64,000 bases of DNA from Clostridia bacterium (GTDB lineage: Bacteria > Bacillota > Clostridia > Christensenellales > Aristaeellaceae). Below, in pieces: positions 48,025 through 56,806 of this stretch. The translations under genes and the position numbers were made by a program. The notes beneath the pieces were generated by a model. That model was not told the origin of the DNA. It saw only the letters and a program-made list of their open reading frames with translations, and made no database searches. The stretch covers positions 5,341 through 69,340 of the forward strand of contig JAFQOD010000073.1 in NCBI GenBank assembly GCA_017395685.1, in the 5' to 3' direction. Every line of letters begins with the position of its first letter. Position 1 is the stretch's first letter.

Positions 48025-49860
48025 ATGAGTAAATTCATCATTGCCTGCCCGGTCTGCCATAACTATACCCAGGCGTCCACCGGCTTTTTTGCATCCAAGC
48101 ATATCCGCTGCACCTGCGGCCATGTGATCAATGTGAAAACGGAGCGGATGGCCACCATGGCCTGCCCTTCCTGCGGCAATCACGTGGTCTATGATCAGGC
48201 CGAAGGAAAGGATGCCAAGTGCCCGGTATGCCATGCCCAGCTGGTTTCCGATGCCAGCTTCAAGAATCTGGTGCATTTCCGCTGCGGCACCTGCGGCTGC
48301 CAGCTGCATGCTGAAAAGAATGCAAAGCATATTACCTGCCCCATCTGCGATACGGTGGCGGATGTGCAGCAGGAAATCAAAAAGGCGGAGGTGCGGGATG
48401 CCGCCGTTCCCGCCATCATCAATTATGAAGGGGATAATCAAACCTTCGTCTGGAAGCATCCCATGACGGATTTTGTCACCGGCAGCCAGCTGATCGTGCA
48501 TGAAAGCCAGGAGGCGGTATTCTTCCGTAACGGCGAAGCGCTGGATTCCTTCGGCGCCGGCCGCTATACCCTGGAAACCGGCGTGCTGCCCAAGATGGAA
48601 AGCGCGTATAAGCTGCCCATGCAGGGCATGCCCTTCCATGCAGAGGTCTATTTCGTCAATATGACCACCCAGATGGGCATCAAATGGGGCACCCCCAGCA
48701 AGGTGGGCCTGTTTGATCCTGCCACCGGCATGCATGTGGAGCTGGGGGCCTCCGGTTCCTTCAATCTGCGGGTAACCGATGCCCGCCGCCTGCTGGTCAA
48801 ACTGGTGGGCACCACCGGCGGCCTGACCCGGGAGGAAGTATTCGGCCAGAATGGCGCCGGGCATTTCCGTAGCATCATCATGACCCAGGTAAAGGCCCAT
48901 CTGGCCAAGGTGATCAAGGCCAATCATATCAGCGTGCTGGAATTGGACGGCCATATTGATACCCTGTCCGTTGCCCTGCGGGATGCCATCAATCCCATCC
49001 TGGCGGAATACGGCATGGAAATGCCGGAATTCCTGGTCAATAACATTGTTACCCCGGATGATGATCCCAATTTCCGCCGCATGAAGCAGCAGCATGCCGA
49101 TAATTATCTGCGGGTGCGGGAAGAGGAAATCCGCAAGGCAGAGGCGGAGGCCGCCTTTGAGCGCAAGGCCATCGAGGCCCAGACCGCCGCCCGGATGAAG
49201 GTGATCGGCGCCCAGGGAGACGCCGACGTGGTGCGTATCAAGGCCCAGGCGGACGCAGAGGCCTATCGGATGATGGCGGAAGCGGAAGCCCAGGAAATGC
49301 ATATGAAGGGCTATTCTTATCAGCAGGAAACCAGCCGCCAGGTGGGGCTGGAGGCCATGCGGAATATGGGCGCCGGCGGCACTGCCGGTGCAGGCAATGT
49401 AAGCGGCGTTGTAGGGGATATGATGCAGCTGGGCGTGGGCCTGGGCACCATGGGCACCGTGATGGGCGCCATGGGCAGCGTAGTGGGCATGACCAAGGAG
49501 GCCGTCAATCCCGTTCTGCAGCAGGCCGCTGCCATCGGCGGATGGGATTGCGCCTGCGGCCAGAAGGGCATCACCAGCAATTTCTGCCCCGGCTGCGGCA
49601 GCAAAAAGCCCTCTGCCTCCCCCCTGTGGAACTGCGGCTGCGGTCAGCAGGGCATTGCCAGCAATTTCTGCCCCAATTGCGGCGCCAGGAAGCCGGAGCC
49701 CCCTGCCCTGTGGGATTGCGCCTGCGGCCAGCAGGGCATTGCCAGCAATTTCTGTCCCAACTGCGGCGCCAAAAAGCCGGAAGCCTGGGATTGTGCCTGC
49801 GGTCAGAAAGGGATCAAAACCCCCTTCTGCCCCAATTGCGGCGGTAAAAAGGAGGAATAA
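48025..49860 (+). CDS. SPFH/Band-7-like domain protein flanked by zinc-ribbons (3 N-terminal, 4 C-terminal)
   Basis: Three N-terminal CxxC...CxxC ribbons; central SPFH-like domain (NYEGDNQTFVWKHPMTDFVTGSQLIVHESQEAVFF...); coiled coil; Gly/Met-rich segment; four repeats of WDCACGQ(Q/K)GI.SNFCP.CG.KKP. Confidence 0.7.
   Translation: MSKFIIACPVCHNYTQASTGFFASKHIRCTCGHVINVKTERMATMACPSCGNHVVYDQAEGKDAKCPVCHAQLVSDASFKNLVHFRCGTCGCQLHAEKNAKHITCPICDTVADVQQEIKKAEVRDAAVPAIINYEGDNQTFVWKHPMTDFVTGSQLIVHESQEAVFFRNGEALDSFGAGRYTLETGVLPKMESAYKLPMQGMPFHAEVYFVNMTTQMGIKWGTPSKVGLFDPATGMHVELGASGSFNLRVTDARRLLVKLVGTTGGLTREEVFGQNGAGHFRSIIMTQVKAHLAKVIKANHISVLELDGHIDTLSVALRDAINPILAEYGMEMPEFLVNNIVTPDDDPNFRRMKQQHADNYLRVREEEIRKAEAEAAFERKAIEAQTAARMKVIGAQGDADVVRIKAQADAEAYRMMAEAEAQEMHMKGYSYQQETSRQVGLEAMRNMGAGGTAGAGNVSGVVGDMMQLGVGLGTMGTVMGAMGSVVGMTKEAVNPVLQQAAAIGGWDCACGQKGITSNFCPGCGSKKPSASPLWNCGCGQQGIASNFCPNCGARKPEPPALWDCACGQQGIASNFCPNCGAKKPEAWDCACGQKGIKTPFCPNCGGKKEE
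49540..49850 (+). repeat. four in-frame tandem repeats of about 80-90 bp encoding zinc-ribbon units at the 3' end of the SPFH gene
   Basis: Repeated TGGGATTGCGCCTGCGGCCAG...AATTTCTGCCCCAATTGCGGCGCC...AAGCCG. Confidence 0.8.
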
Positions 49861-49863
49861 ACC

Positions 49864-50505
49864 GTGAAACTGACCAAGCATGTCTGGATTCTGTGGGGTA
49901 TTTCGCTGGGGGTTGTGCTGGCCCTGGCCTTTCTCATTCCTTTCCTGCATACGCCTGCTTACTGGGTGGGCCTGGCAGGGATTGTGGTCATGTTCGCCCT
50001 GAGTGCCGGGGTTTTCTATCGTGCCTTCCGGCAGGATGAAAAGCTGGAAAGCAAGCTGCTGGGCTGGCCCATTTTCAGGGTTGCCCTGGTGGGCCTGCTG
50101 GTGCAGGTGTTGGTTGGCTTCATCCTGATGACCTCCTCCGGCCTCTGCCCGCTGTGGGGCGCCCTTCTTGCCGAAATCCTGATTTTTGCCGGGGTATTGA
50201 GCTGCCTTACGGTGCAGGATGCGGCACGGGAAGCTGTGGCGCAGGGGGAAGCCGCCGTCGTCGATCAGACGAAGGCATGGAAGGCCATCCGGGCAAAGGC
50301 TGCGGCCCTGGCCGCCAGGACCGGCGCCCCGGAGCTGAAAAAGCTGGCGGAGGATATCCGTTATGCCGATCCCATGCCCACGGAGCTGGATGCGCAGATT
50401 GCGGCCCAGCTGGAAATGCTGGAAAGCTATGCCGGATCCGAAAATATCATGAAGGCTGTCCAATTGGTGGAGCAAAGAAAATTTGCTGCCAAGCTGGGCA
50501 AATAA
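49864..50505 (+). CDS. hypothetical membrane protein (4 TM helices + amphipathic cytoplasmic tail), translationally coupled to SPFH gene
   Basis: GTG start 4 nt after the SPFH stop with RBS AAGGAGG; hydrophobic N-terminal 120 aa; Ala/Glu-rich helical C-terminus. Confidence 0.6.
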   Translation: MKLTKHVWILWGISLGVVLALAFLIPFLHTPAYWVGLAGIVVMFALSAGVFYRAFRQDEKLESKLLGWPIFRVALVGLLVQVLVGFILMTSSGLCPLWGALLAEILIFAGVLSCLTVQDAAREAVAQGEAAVVDQTKAWKAIRAKAAALAARTGAPELKKLAEDIRYADPMPTELDAQIAAQLEMLESYAGSENIMKAVQLVEQRKFAAKLGK

Positions 50506-50698
50506 TCGAAAATTAATCAGGCAAGAAAAGGGCCGGCGGTCATCTGATCGATCCGCCTTTTTCTTGCTTTTGCATGGCGGGGCGGATGATGCCGCTGCCT
50601 GGAATCGGCCAGAAAAAAAGATCGTATGCGGGTATCACCCGGATCAAAGAAATGGATGAAATGACGGCTCAGGTACGCTGAGGAATGGGAGATTTGTG

Positions 50699-53494
50699 AT
50701 GATTCTGAAATGCAAAATGTGCGGCGGAGATCTGAATATTGAAAATGGCGCAGTCATCTGTGAATGTGAATTCTGCGGAACGATGCAGACCATCCCTGCC
50801 CTGGATAACGAGAAGAAGGGCAATCTGTTCAACCGTGCCAACCGGCTGCGGCGGGCCAGTGAATTTGATAAGGCAGCTGCGGTATACGAATCCATCGTGG
50901 CGGAATTCCCGGAGGAGGCGGAGGCCTATTGGGGGCTTTGCCTGTGCGCCTACGGCATCGAATATGTGGATGATCCCGCCAGCGGCAAAAAGATGCCCAC
51001 CTGCCACCGCACCCGGCAGGGCAGCATCATGCGGTATGAAAATTTCAGCCTGGCCTGTGAGTATGCCGACGCCGTGGCCAAAAAGCTGTACCGGGAAGAG
51101 GCCAAGGAAATCGATCGTATCCAGCAGGCCATCCTGGAAATCGTGGCGGGGGAAGCACCCTATGATGTATTCATCTGCTACAAGGAAACGGGGGCCGACG
51201 GCAGCCGCACGGAGGATAGTGTGCTGGCCCAGGATATGTATGACGCCCTGACAGAGAAGGGGCTGAAGGTATTTTTTGCCCGGATCACCCTGGAGGATAA
51301 GCTGGGGCAGCAGTATGAGCCTTATATTTACGCTGCGCTCCATTCCGCCAGGGTCATGCTGGCAGTGGGCACCTCATTCGAGCATTACGATGCGGTCTGG
51401 GTGAAGAATGAATGGAGCCGCTTTATCGGCATGATGAAGGAAGACCGCAAGAAAATGCTGATCCCCTGCTTCAAGGGCATTGACGCCTATGATATTCCCG
51501 AGGAATTCCAGGGGCTGCAGGCCCAGGATATGGGAAAGCTGGGCTGGCTGCAGGATCTGACCCGGGGGGTCATGAAGCTGTGCGGTAAAGATCAGCCGCT
51601 TCCTGCGGTATCGCAGCCGGTATCCCTTTCCGGCCAGCCGGCAGATCCCCTGATCCGCCGTGCCATGATTGCGTTGGAGGATGGGGATTTCAGGAAAGCG
51701 GATGAATTGTGCGAACAGGCCCTGAATCTGGAACCGGAAAATGCCCGGGCCTATCTGTGCAAGCTGATGGCGGAATTGCAGGTGCGCAGGCCGGAGCAGC
51801 TGGCCAAGCAGAATAAGCATTTCGATAACAGAAATAATTATAAGAAAATTCTTCGCTTCGGCGATGACGCCCTCAAGGCCCAGGTGCAGGGCTATCATCA
51901 GGCTATTATTGACCGGCAGGAAAATGAACGGAAAGAAGGCATCCTGCAGAGCGCCATGCAGCTGCTGAATCGTGCCCAGTCCTATCAGGCTTTCCTGGGG
52001 ATCAGGGAACAGGTGCAGCAGAAGCTGGCTTCCGTTGCCGGCCTGGAGGCCGTAAAGGAAATTGAACGGGCCTTCCTGGAAAAGGGCCAGGCCCTGCAGG
52101 AGGCTCAGTATCAGCTGGCCCGGGAAAAAATGGCCCGGATGGATTGGGAGGGCGCCAGGGCGGCCTTCCTGATTCTCAAGGGTTACCGGGACAGCCGGGA
52201 AATGGCGGAGCGGTGCCGGGAGGCTGCCCTCAGCGCCGCCTATGAAAATGCCCGGGTGCTGATGAACCTGCAGAAATATGAGGCGGCAGAGGCGGCATTT
52301 GCCAAACTGGAGGATTATCAGGACAGCCGGAATATGGCGGCCCGGTGCCGTGATGAGGCAAAAAAGCAGCTGGCCGCTCAGCAGAAAGCTGAGGAAGAGG
52401 AGCGGCAGCGGCAGCTGGCCGAAGAAAAGAAAAGGGCCGCAGCGGCAGCCAGGAAAAAATGGATCCTTGCAATTGCGGTGCTGGCAGTGGCCGCAGCGGC
52501 AGCCTTTTTCTTCGTATCTTCCAGGGCAACTGCCACCAAGGAAAACTATGAAAGGGCCGAGGCGCTGCTGGCGGAAGGAAAAGAAATGGAAGCGCTGGCC
52601 CTGTATCAGAAGGCGGGCAATTATCAGGAAAGTATGGCCCGGCAGCGCAGCATCCTTTCTTCCCTGGCTGTCAAATTGGATGCAGGGGATAAGCATACCC
52701 TGGGGCTGCAAACCAATGGTAACATGAAAACGGCGGGCAGCAATGACAGCGGCCAGTGCTATGTAAGCATGCGCTATTCCGGGAATCTTGTGGCCGTTGC
52801 CGCCGGCGGCTATCATACCGTAGGCCTGAAAGCGGATGGCACGGTGGTAGCGGAAGGCGATAATGATTATGGCCAGTGCAATACCCGCGCCTGGAAGGAT
52901 ATTAAGGCCATTTCTGCCGGCGCTTTCCATACTGTGGGGCTGAAAGCGGATGGCACGGCGATTGCAGTTGGCGAGAAAAGCGGCGGCTATTTCAGCAAAG
53001 GCCAGAGCAATGTGGCATCCTGGCGGAATCTTGCCGCCATTGTGGCCGGCGGATACCATACCGTGGGCCTGAAAACGGATGGCACGGTGGTGGCGGTAGG
53101 GGATAATGAAGAGGGCCAGTGCAATGTGGGCGCCTGGCGGGGTATTGTGGCCGTTGCCGCCGGCTCTGCGCATACCGTGGGCCTGAAAGCGGATGGCACG
53201 GTGGTGGCTGTGGGACGCAACAGCGTCAAGCAGTGCAATGTGAGCGGCTGGCGGGATATCGTGGCCATTGAATGCGGGGATTATTATACCCTGGGCCTGA
53301 AGGCGGATGGCACGGTAGTGGCCGTGGGCGCCAATGCGGATGGCCAGTGCAAGGTAAGCGGATGGCGGGATATTGTGGCCGTTTCCGGCGGCAATTCCCA
53401 TACCGTGGGCCTGAAAGCCGATGGCACGGTGGTGGCCGTGGGCAGCAATATGGATTTCAAATGTAATGTGGATGAATGGGATCTTATCAAATAA
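50699..53494 (+). CDS. multidomain protein: N-terminal zinc ribbon - TIR domain - coiled-coil/TPR-like region - predicted TM helix - RCC1-like beta-propeller repeats
   Basis: Zinc ribbon KCKMCGGDLN...CECEFCG. TIR block YDVFICYKET...GLKVFFARITLEDKLGQ...VMLAVGTSFEHYDAVWVKNEWSRF (conserved Glu in WxKNEW at 51410-51412). Hydrophobic WILAIAVLAVAAAAAFFFV at about 52461-52517. C-terminal repeats like HTVGLKADGTVVAVG-N-GQCNVSGWRDIVAV (RCC1-like). Confidence 0.8.
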   Translation: MILKCKMCGGDLNIENGAVICECEFCGTMQTIPALDNEKKGNLFNRANRLRRASEFDKAAAVYESIVAEFPEEAEAYWGLCLCAYGIEYVDDPASGKKMPTCHRTRQGSIMRYENFSLACEYADAVAKKLYREEAKEIDRIQQAILEIVAGEAPYDVFICYKETGADGSRTEDSVLAQDMYDALTEKGLKVFFARITLEDKLGQQYEPYIYAALHSARVMLAVGTSFEHYDAVWVKNEWSRFIGMMKEDRKKMLIPCFKGIDAYDIPEEFQGLQAQDMGKLGWLQDLTRGVMKLCGKDQPLPAVSQPVSLSGQPADPLIRRAMIALEDGDFRKADELCEQALNLEPENARAYLCKLMAELQVRRPEQLAKQNKHFDNRNNYKKILRFGDDALKAQVQGYHQAIIDRQENERKEGILQSAMQLLNRAQSYQAFLGIREQVQQKLASVAGLEAVKEIERAFLEKGQALQEAQYQLAREKMARMDWEGARAAFLILKGYRDSREMAERCREAALSAAYENARVLMNLQKYEAAEAAFAKLEDYQDSRNMAARCRDEAKKQLAAQQKAEEEERQRQLAEEKKRAAAAARKKWILAIAVLAVAAAAAFFFVSSRATATKENYERAEALLAEGKEMEALALYQKAGNYQESMARQRSILSSLAVKLDAGDKHTLGLQTNGNMKTAGSNDSGQCYVSMRYSGNLVAVAAGGYHTVGLKADGTVVAEGDNDYGQCNTRAWKDIKAISAGAFHTVGLKADGTAIAVGEKSGGYFSKGQSNVASWRNLAAIVAGGYHTVGLKTDGTVVAVGDNEEGQCNVGAWRGIVAVAAGSAHTVGLKADGTVVAVGRNSVKQCNVSGWRDIVAIECGDYYTLGLKADGTVVAVGANADGQCKVSGWRDIVAVSGGNSHTVGLKADGTVVAVGSNMDFKCNVDEWDLIK

Positions 53495-53530
53495 CCGTTC
53501 ATCCGGATATACCAAAGGAGCAAATGATCC

Positions 53531-56356
53531 ATGATCCTGAAATGCAAAATGTGCGGCGGGGATCTGAATATTGAAAATGGGGCAGTCATCTGCGAATGTG
53601 AATTCTGCGGAACGATGCAGACCATCCCTGCCGTGGATAATGAAAAGAAGGGCAATCTGTTCAATCGTGCCAACCGGCTGCGGATGGCCAGCGAATTTGA
53701 TAAGGCGGCCGCGGTATACGAATCCATCGTGGCGGAATTCCCGGAGGAGGCGGAGGCCTACTGGGGGCTTTGCCTTTGCGCCTATGGCATCGAATATGTG
53801 GATGACCCTGCCACGGGGAAGAAAATGCCCACCTGCCACCGCACCCGTCAGATTTCCATCATGGATGAAAATAATTTTGATATGGCCTGCGAATATGCGG
53901 ATGGGGTGGCCCGGAAATTATACCGGGAAGAGGCCAAGGAAATCGATCGTCTGCAGCGGGCGATCCTGGAAATTGTGGCAGGGGAAGAGCCCTATGACGT
54001 ATTCATCTGCTATAAAGAAACGGACGAGGACGGAAGCCGCACGGAGGACAGCGTGCTGGCCCAGGATATGTATGACGCCCTGACAGAGAAGGGACTGAAG
54101 GTATTTTTCGCCCGGATTACCCTGGAGGATAAGCTGGGGCAGCAGTATGAGCCCTATATTTATGCTGCGCTCCATTCTGCCAAGGTGATGCTGGCGGTGG
54201 GCACCTCATTCGAGCATTACGATGCGGTCTGGGTGAAGAATGAATGGAGCCGCTTTCTGGCCATGGGCAAGGAGGATCATCACAAGACGCTGATCCCCTG
54301 CTTCAAGGGCATTGATGCTTATGATATCCCCCGTGAATTCCGCAATCTGCAGGCCCAGGATATGGGAAAACTGGGCTGGCTGCAGGATCTGACCCGGGGG
54401 GTTATGAAGCTGTGCGGCAAGGATCAGATAGCCCCTGCCCCCATTGCCCCCGTTCCCGCAGCGGTGATGGCGCCCATGATGGGGGGCAATGCCCTGGGCC
54501 TGATCAAGCGCATTTTCATTTTCCTGGAGGATAAGGCCTGGGATACCGCCGATGAATATTGCGAAAAGGTGCTGGATTTGGATCCGGAATGCGGCGAGGC
54601 CTATCTTGGCAAGCTGATGGCAGCGCTGCGGGTGAGCAGGCGGCAGGATCTGGGCGATCTGGCCAAGCCCTTTGACGAAAATGCCCATTATCAGAAAATC
54701 CTTCGCTACGGTTCCGCCGCCCTGAAGCAGGAAATGCAGGGCTGCCTGGATCGCATTCGTGCCGCCAGAATGGAAAGAATATATCAATCCGTCAGGCAGG
54801 ATATGGCCGGCGCTGCAGATGCGGCCCAATGGCTGAAGCTGGCCCGGCGATTGGAAGAAATTACGGGGTATAAGGATGCGGATCAGCTGGCGGAGCAGTG
54901 CATGCAGAGGCATAACGAATTATCCCTGGAGGAAGGCTATCAGCAGGCTTTGTCTGTCATGCAGAGGGCGGCATCGATAAGGGATTATGCCGATGCGGCC
55001 TGGAAATTTGAAGCGCTGCAGGATTATCGGGATGCCCCCCATCTGCGGGAGGAATGCATGCGCCTGGGCCGGGAGCTGGCCCAGCGGCAGGAGGAGGCCC
55101 GGCTGCTGGAGGAAAAACGGCAGCGGGAGGCGGCCGAGCAGCAGGAAGCCCAGCGCAGAAAAGAGGAAGAATTGAAAAAAGCCCAGGAAGAGAAGATGGC
55201 CAATGGGCAGAAGAAGGGCAGAATTTTCAAGGATCTGCTGGTCTGCTCCCCCAATGCGAAACTGCCCCTGCATGCGGCGGTAACATCCTCCGGCCAGGTG
55301 TGCGTCTCCAACTGGGATGAATACCGGAATACCCTGACCTCCTGGCAGCGTATCTATGCGGTCTCCCTGGGTGAATTTCATGCCCTGGGCCTGAGAACGG
55401 ATGGGGCGGTCGTGGCATCCGGGGATAATCAGTACGGCCAGAACAATGTGCAGGGCTGGAAAAATATCATCGCCATTGCTGCCGGCGGCTGGCATTCTGT
55501 GGGCCTCGGGGCAGACGGCACGGTGGTGGCAACCGGCAATTATGAATACGGGCAATGCGACGTCAGGGGCTGGAAGGATATCATCGCCATCGCCGCCGGC
55601 AAAAATCATACCGTGGGACTGAAAAAGGATGGCACGGTGGTGGCGACCGGGCTGAGGATCAACGGCCGGTGCGATGTGGGTTCCTGGCGGGATATTGCCG
55701 CAATCTATGCCTTCAACGGCTATACCGTGGGCCTGAAAAAAGACGGCACCGTGGAATGCACCGAGGAAAAATTCAGGAATTCCGCCTGGCGGAATATCGT
55801 GGATATCGCCACCGGCTATGAATATATCCTGGGCCTGAAAAAGGATGGCACGGTGGTATCCGCCGGCGCCTCCGAAAAAGGGCAGTGCCGGGTGGGCGAG
55901 TGGAAGGATGTGGTGGCCGTCAGCGCGAAAAACTGCCACAGCGCTGCCCTTCGGCTGGATGGCACCGTCTGCGTCACGGGATATAACGGATACGGCCAAT
56001 GCGATGTGCAATCCTGGCGGGATATCGTGGCGGTGAGCGTAGGGGATTTCTGCACCCTGGGCGTCCGGCGCGATGGCACCGTGCTGATGGCCGGCCGGGA
56101 TAACAGACAGCCCTATACCCAATTGAGCAAATGGGGCCATCTGTTTGATAACGATGATGCCTATTGCCGGGATCGGGAGGAAAAATGCAAGCGGATGATG
56201 GAGGACGCCCTGGAGCGTCTGCACATCCAGGAGCAGGAGGCCCATGCCCGGCAGGAACGCCGCAGCAGGGGCGTATGCCAGCATTGCGGCGGGGAATTCA
56301 AAAAAACCCTGTTTGCATTCAAATGCTGCTCCTGCGGCCGGGCCAGGGATTATTGA
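53531..56356 (+). CDS. paralogous zinc ribbon - TIR - coiled-coil - RCC1-repeat protein with C-terminal zinc ribbon (no obvious TM helix)
   Basis: The first ~300 aa are nearly identical to the upstream gene (~93% nt identity over ~330 bp aligned by eye) and include the same TIR motifs. The middle is divergent and Gln/Glu/Arg-rich; RCC1-like repeats follow; terminal CQHCGG...CCSCG. Confidence 0.8.
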   Translation: MILKCKMCGGDLNIENGAVICECEFCGTMQTIPAVDNEKKGNLFNRANRLRMASEFDKAAAVYESIVAEFPEEAEAYWGLCLCAYGIEYVDDPATGKKMPTCHRTRQISIMDENNFDMACEYADGVARKLYREEAKEIDRLQRAILEIVAGEEPYDVFICYKETDEDGSRTEDSVLAQDMYDALTEKGLKVFFARITLEDKLGQQYEPYIYAALHSAKVMLAVGTSFEHYDAVWVKNEWSRFLAMGKEDHHKTLIPCFKGIDAYDIPREFRNLQAQDMGKLGWLQDLTRGVMKLCGKDQIAPAPIAPVPAAVMAPMMGGNALGLIKRIFIFLEDKAWDTADEYCEKVLDLDPECGEAYLGKLMAALRVSRRQDLGDLAKPFDENAHYQKILRYGSAALKQEMQGCLDRIRAARMERIYQSVRQDMAGAADAAQWLKLARRLEEITGYKDADQLAEQCMQRHNELSLEEGYQQALSVMQRAASIRDYADAAWKFEALQDYRDAPHLREECMRLGRELAQRQEEARLLEEKRQREAAEQQEAQRRKEEELKKAQEEKMANGQKKGRIFKDLLVCSPNAKLPLHAAVTSSGQVCVSNWDEYRNTLTSWQRIYAVSLGEFHALGLRTDGAVVASGDNQYGQNNVQGWKNIIAIAAGGWHSVGLGADGTVVATGNYEYGQCDVRGWKDIIAIAAGKNHTVGLKKDGTVVATGLRINGRCDVGSWRDIAAIYAFNGYTVGLKKDGTVECTEEKFRNSAWRNIVDIATGYEYILGLKKDGTVVSAGASEKGQCRVGEWKDVVAVSAKNCHSAALRLDGTVCVTGYNGYGQCDVQSWRDIVAVSVGDFCTLGVRRDGTVLMAGRDNRQPYTQLSKWGHLFDNDDAYCRDREEKCKRMMEDALERLHIQEQEAHARQERRSRGVCQHCGGEFKKTLFAFKCCSCGRARDY

Positions 56357-56384
56357 GGAATGCTGCATTTTCCAGCAATGAATA

Positions 56385-56419
56385 AAAAAGCCGGGCTTCC
56401 GCAATGGAAGCCCGGCTTG
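56385..56419. terminator. bidirectional rho-independent terminator
   Basis: AAAAAAGCCGGGCTTCCGCAATGGAAGCCCGGCTT with A/T runs on both sides, between convergent genes. Confidence 0.7.
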
Positions 56420-56470
56420 CTTATATGGATTTTTTCATCTGCCGGAAAGCGGCGATGAAAGATGGGTGCA

Positions 56471-56791
56471 TCAGCCTTCGATGGCGGTCCGGATCCGCTG
56501 GATCACCTTGGCGGCCATTTTCTTGGGCAGGCCGCCGAAGATGCCGTCCAGGTTCATTTCGCCGCCCACGGTGCCCTTTACCCAGCCCTCAATATGCAGC
56601 GTGGCATGATCCACAGGGATCAGGCGGATATAGCGCACGGCAGCCCAGGCGGCGTTGCCGTTCTTCCATACGCTCTGGCCGTTTTCCTGGATATAATCGT
56701 ATTTTTCCTCCCGCAGGATTTTTTCTGCGGTCTGGATGGCGGCGCAGGCATCCTGGCATTTGATGATGTAAGTGGTTCTGGCCATGGGCAT
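56471..56791 (-). CDS. hypothetical protein
   Basis: 106-aa ORF with GC-typical codon usage and terminator downstream; no family recognised. Confidence 0.45.
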   Translation of the reverse strand: MPMARTTYIIKCQDACAAIQTAEKILREEKYDYIQENGQSVWKNGNAAWAAVRYIRLIPVDHATLHIEGWVKGTVGGEMNLDGIFGGLPKKMAAKVIQRIRTAIEG

Positions 56792-56806
56792 CCTCCTGAC
56801 AAATGA

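Noticed and set aside
50506-50695. Possible terminator or promoter between the membrane-protein gene and the first TIR gene
   Set aside because: The GGCGG...CCGCC stem with a 13-nt loop and T-run is weak, and no clear -10/-35 pair is found. I left it unannotated; co-transcription with the upstream genes remains possible.
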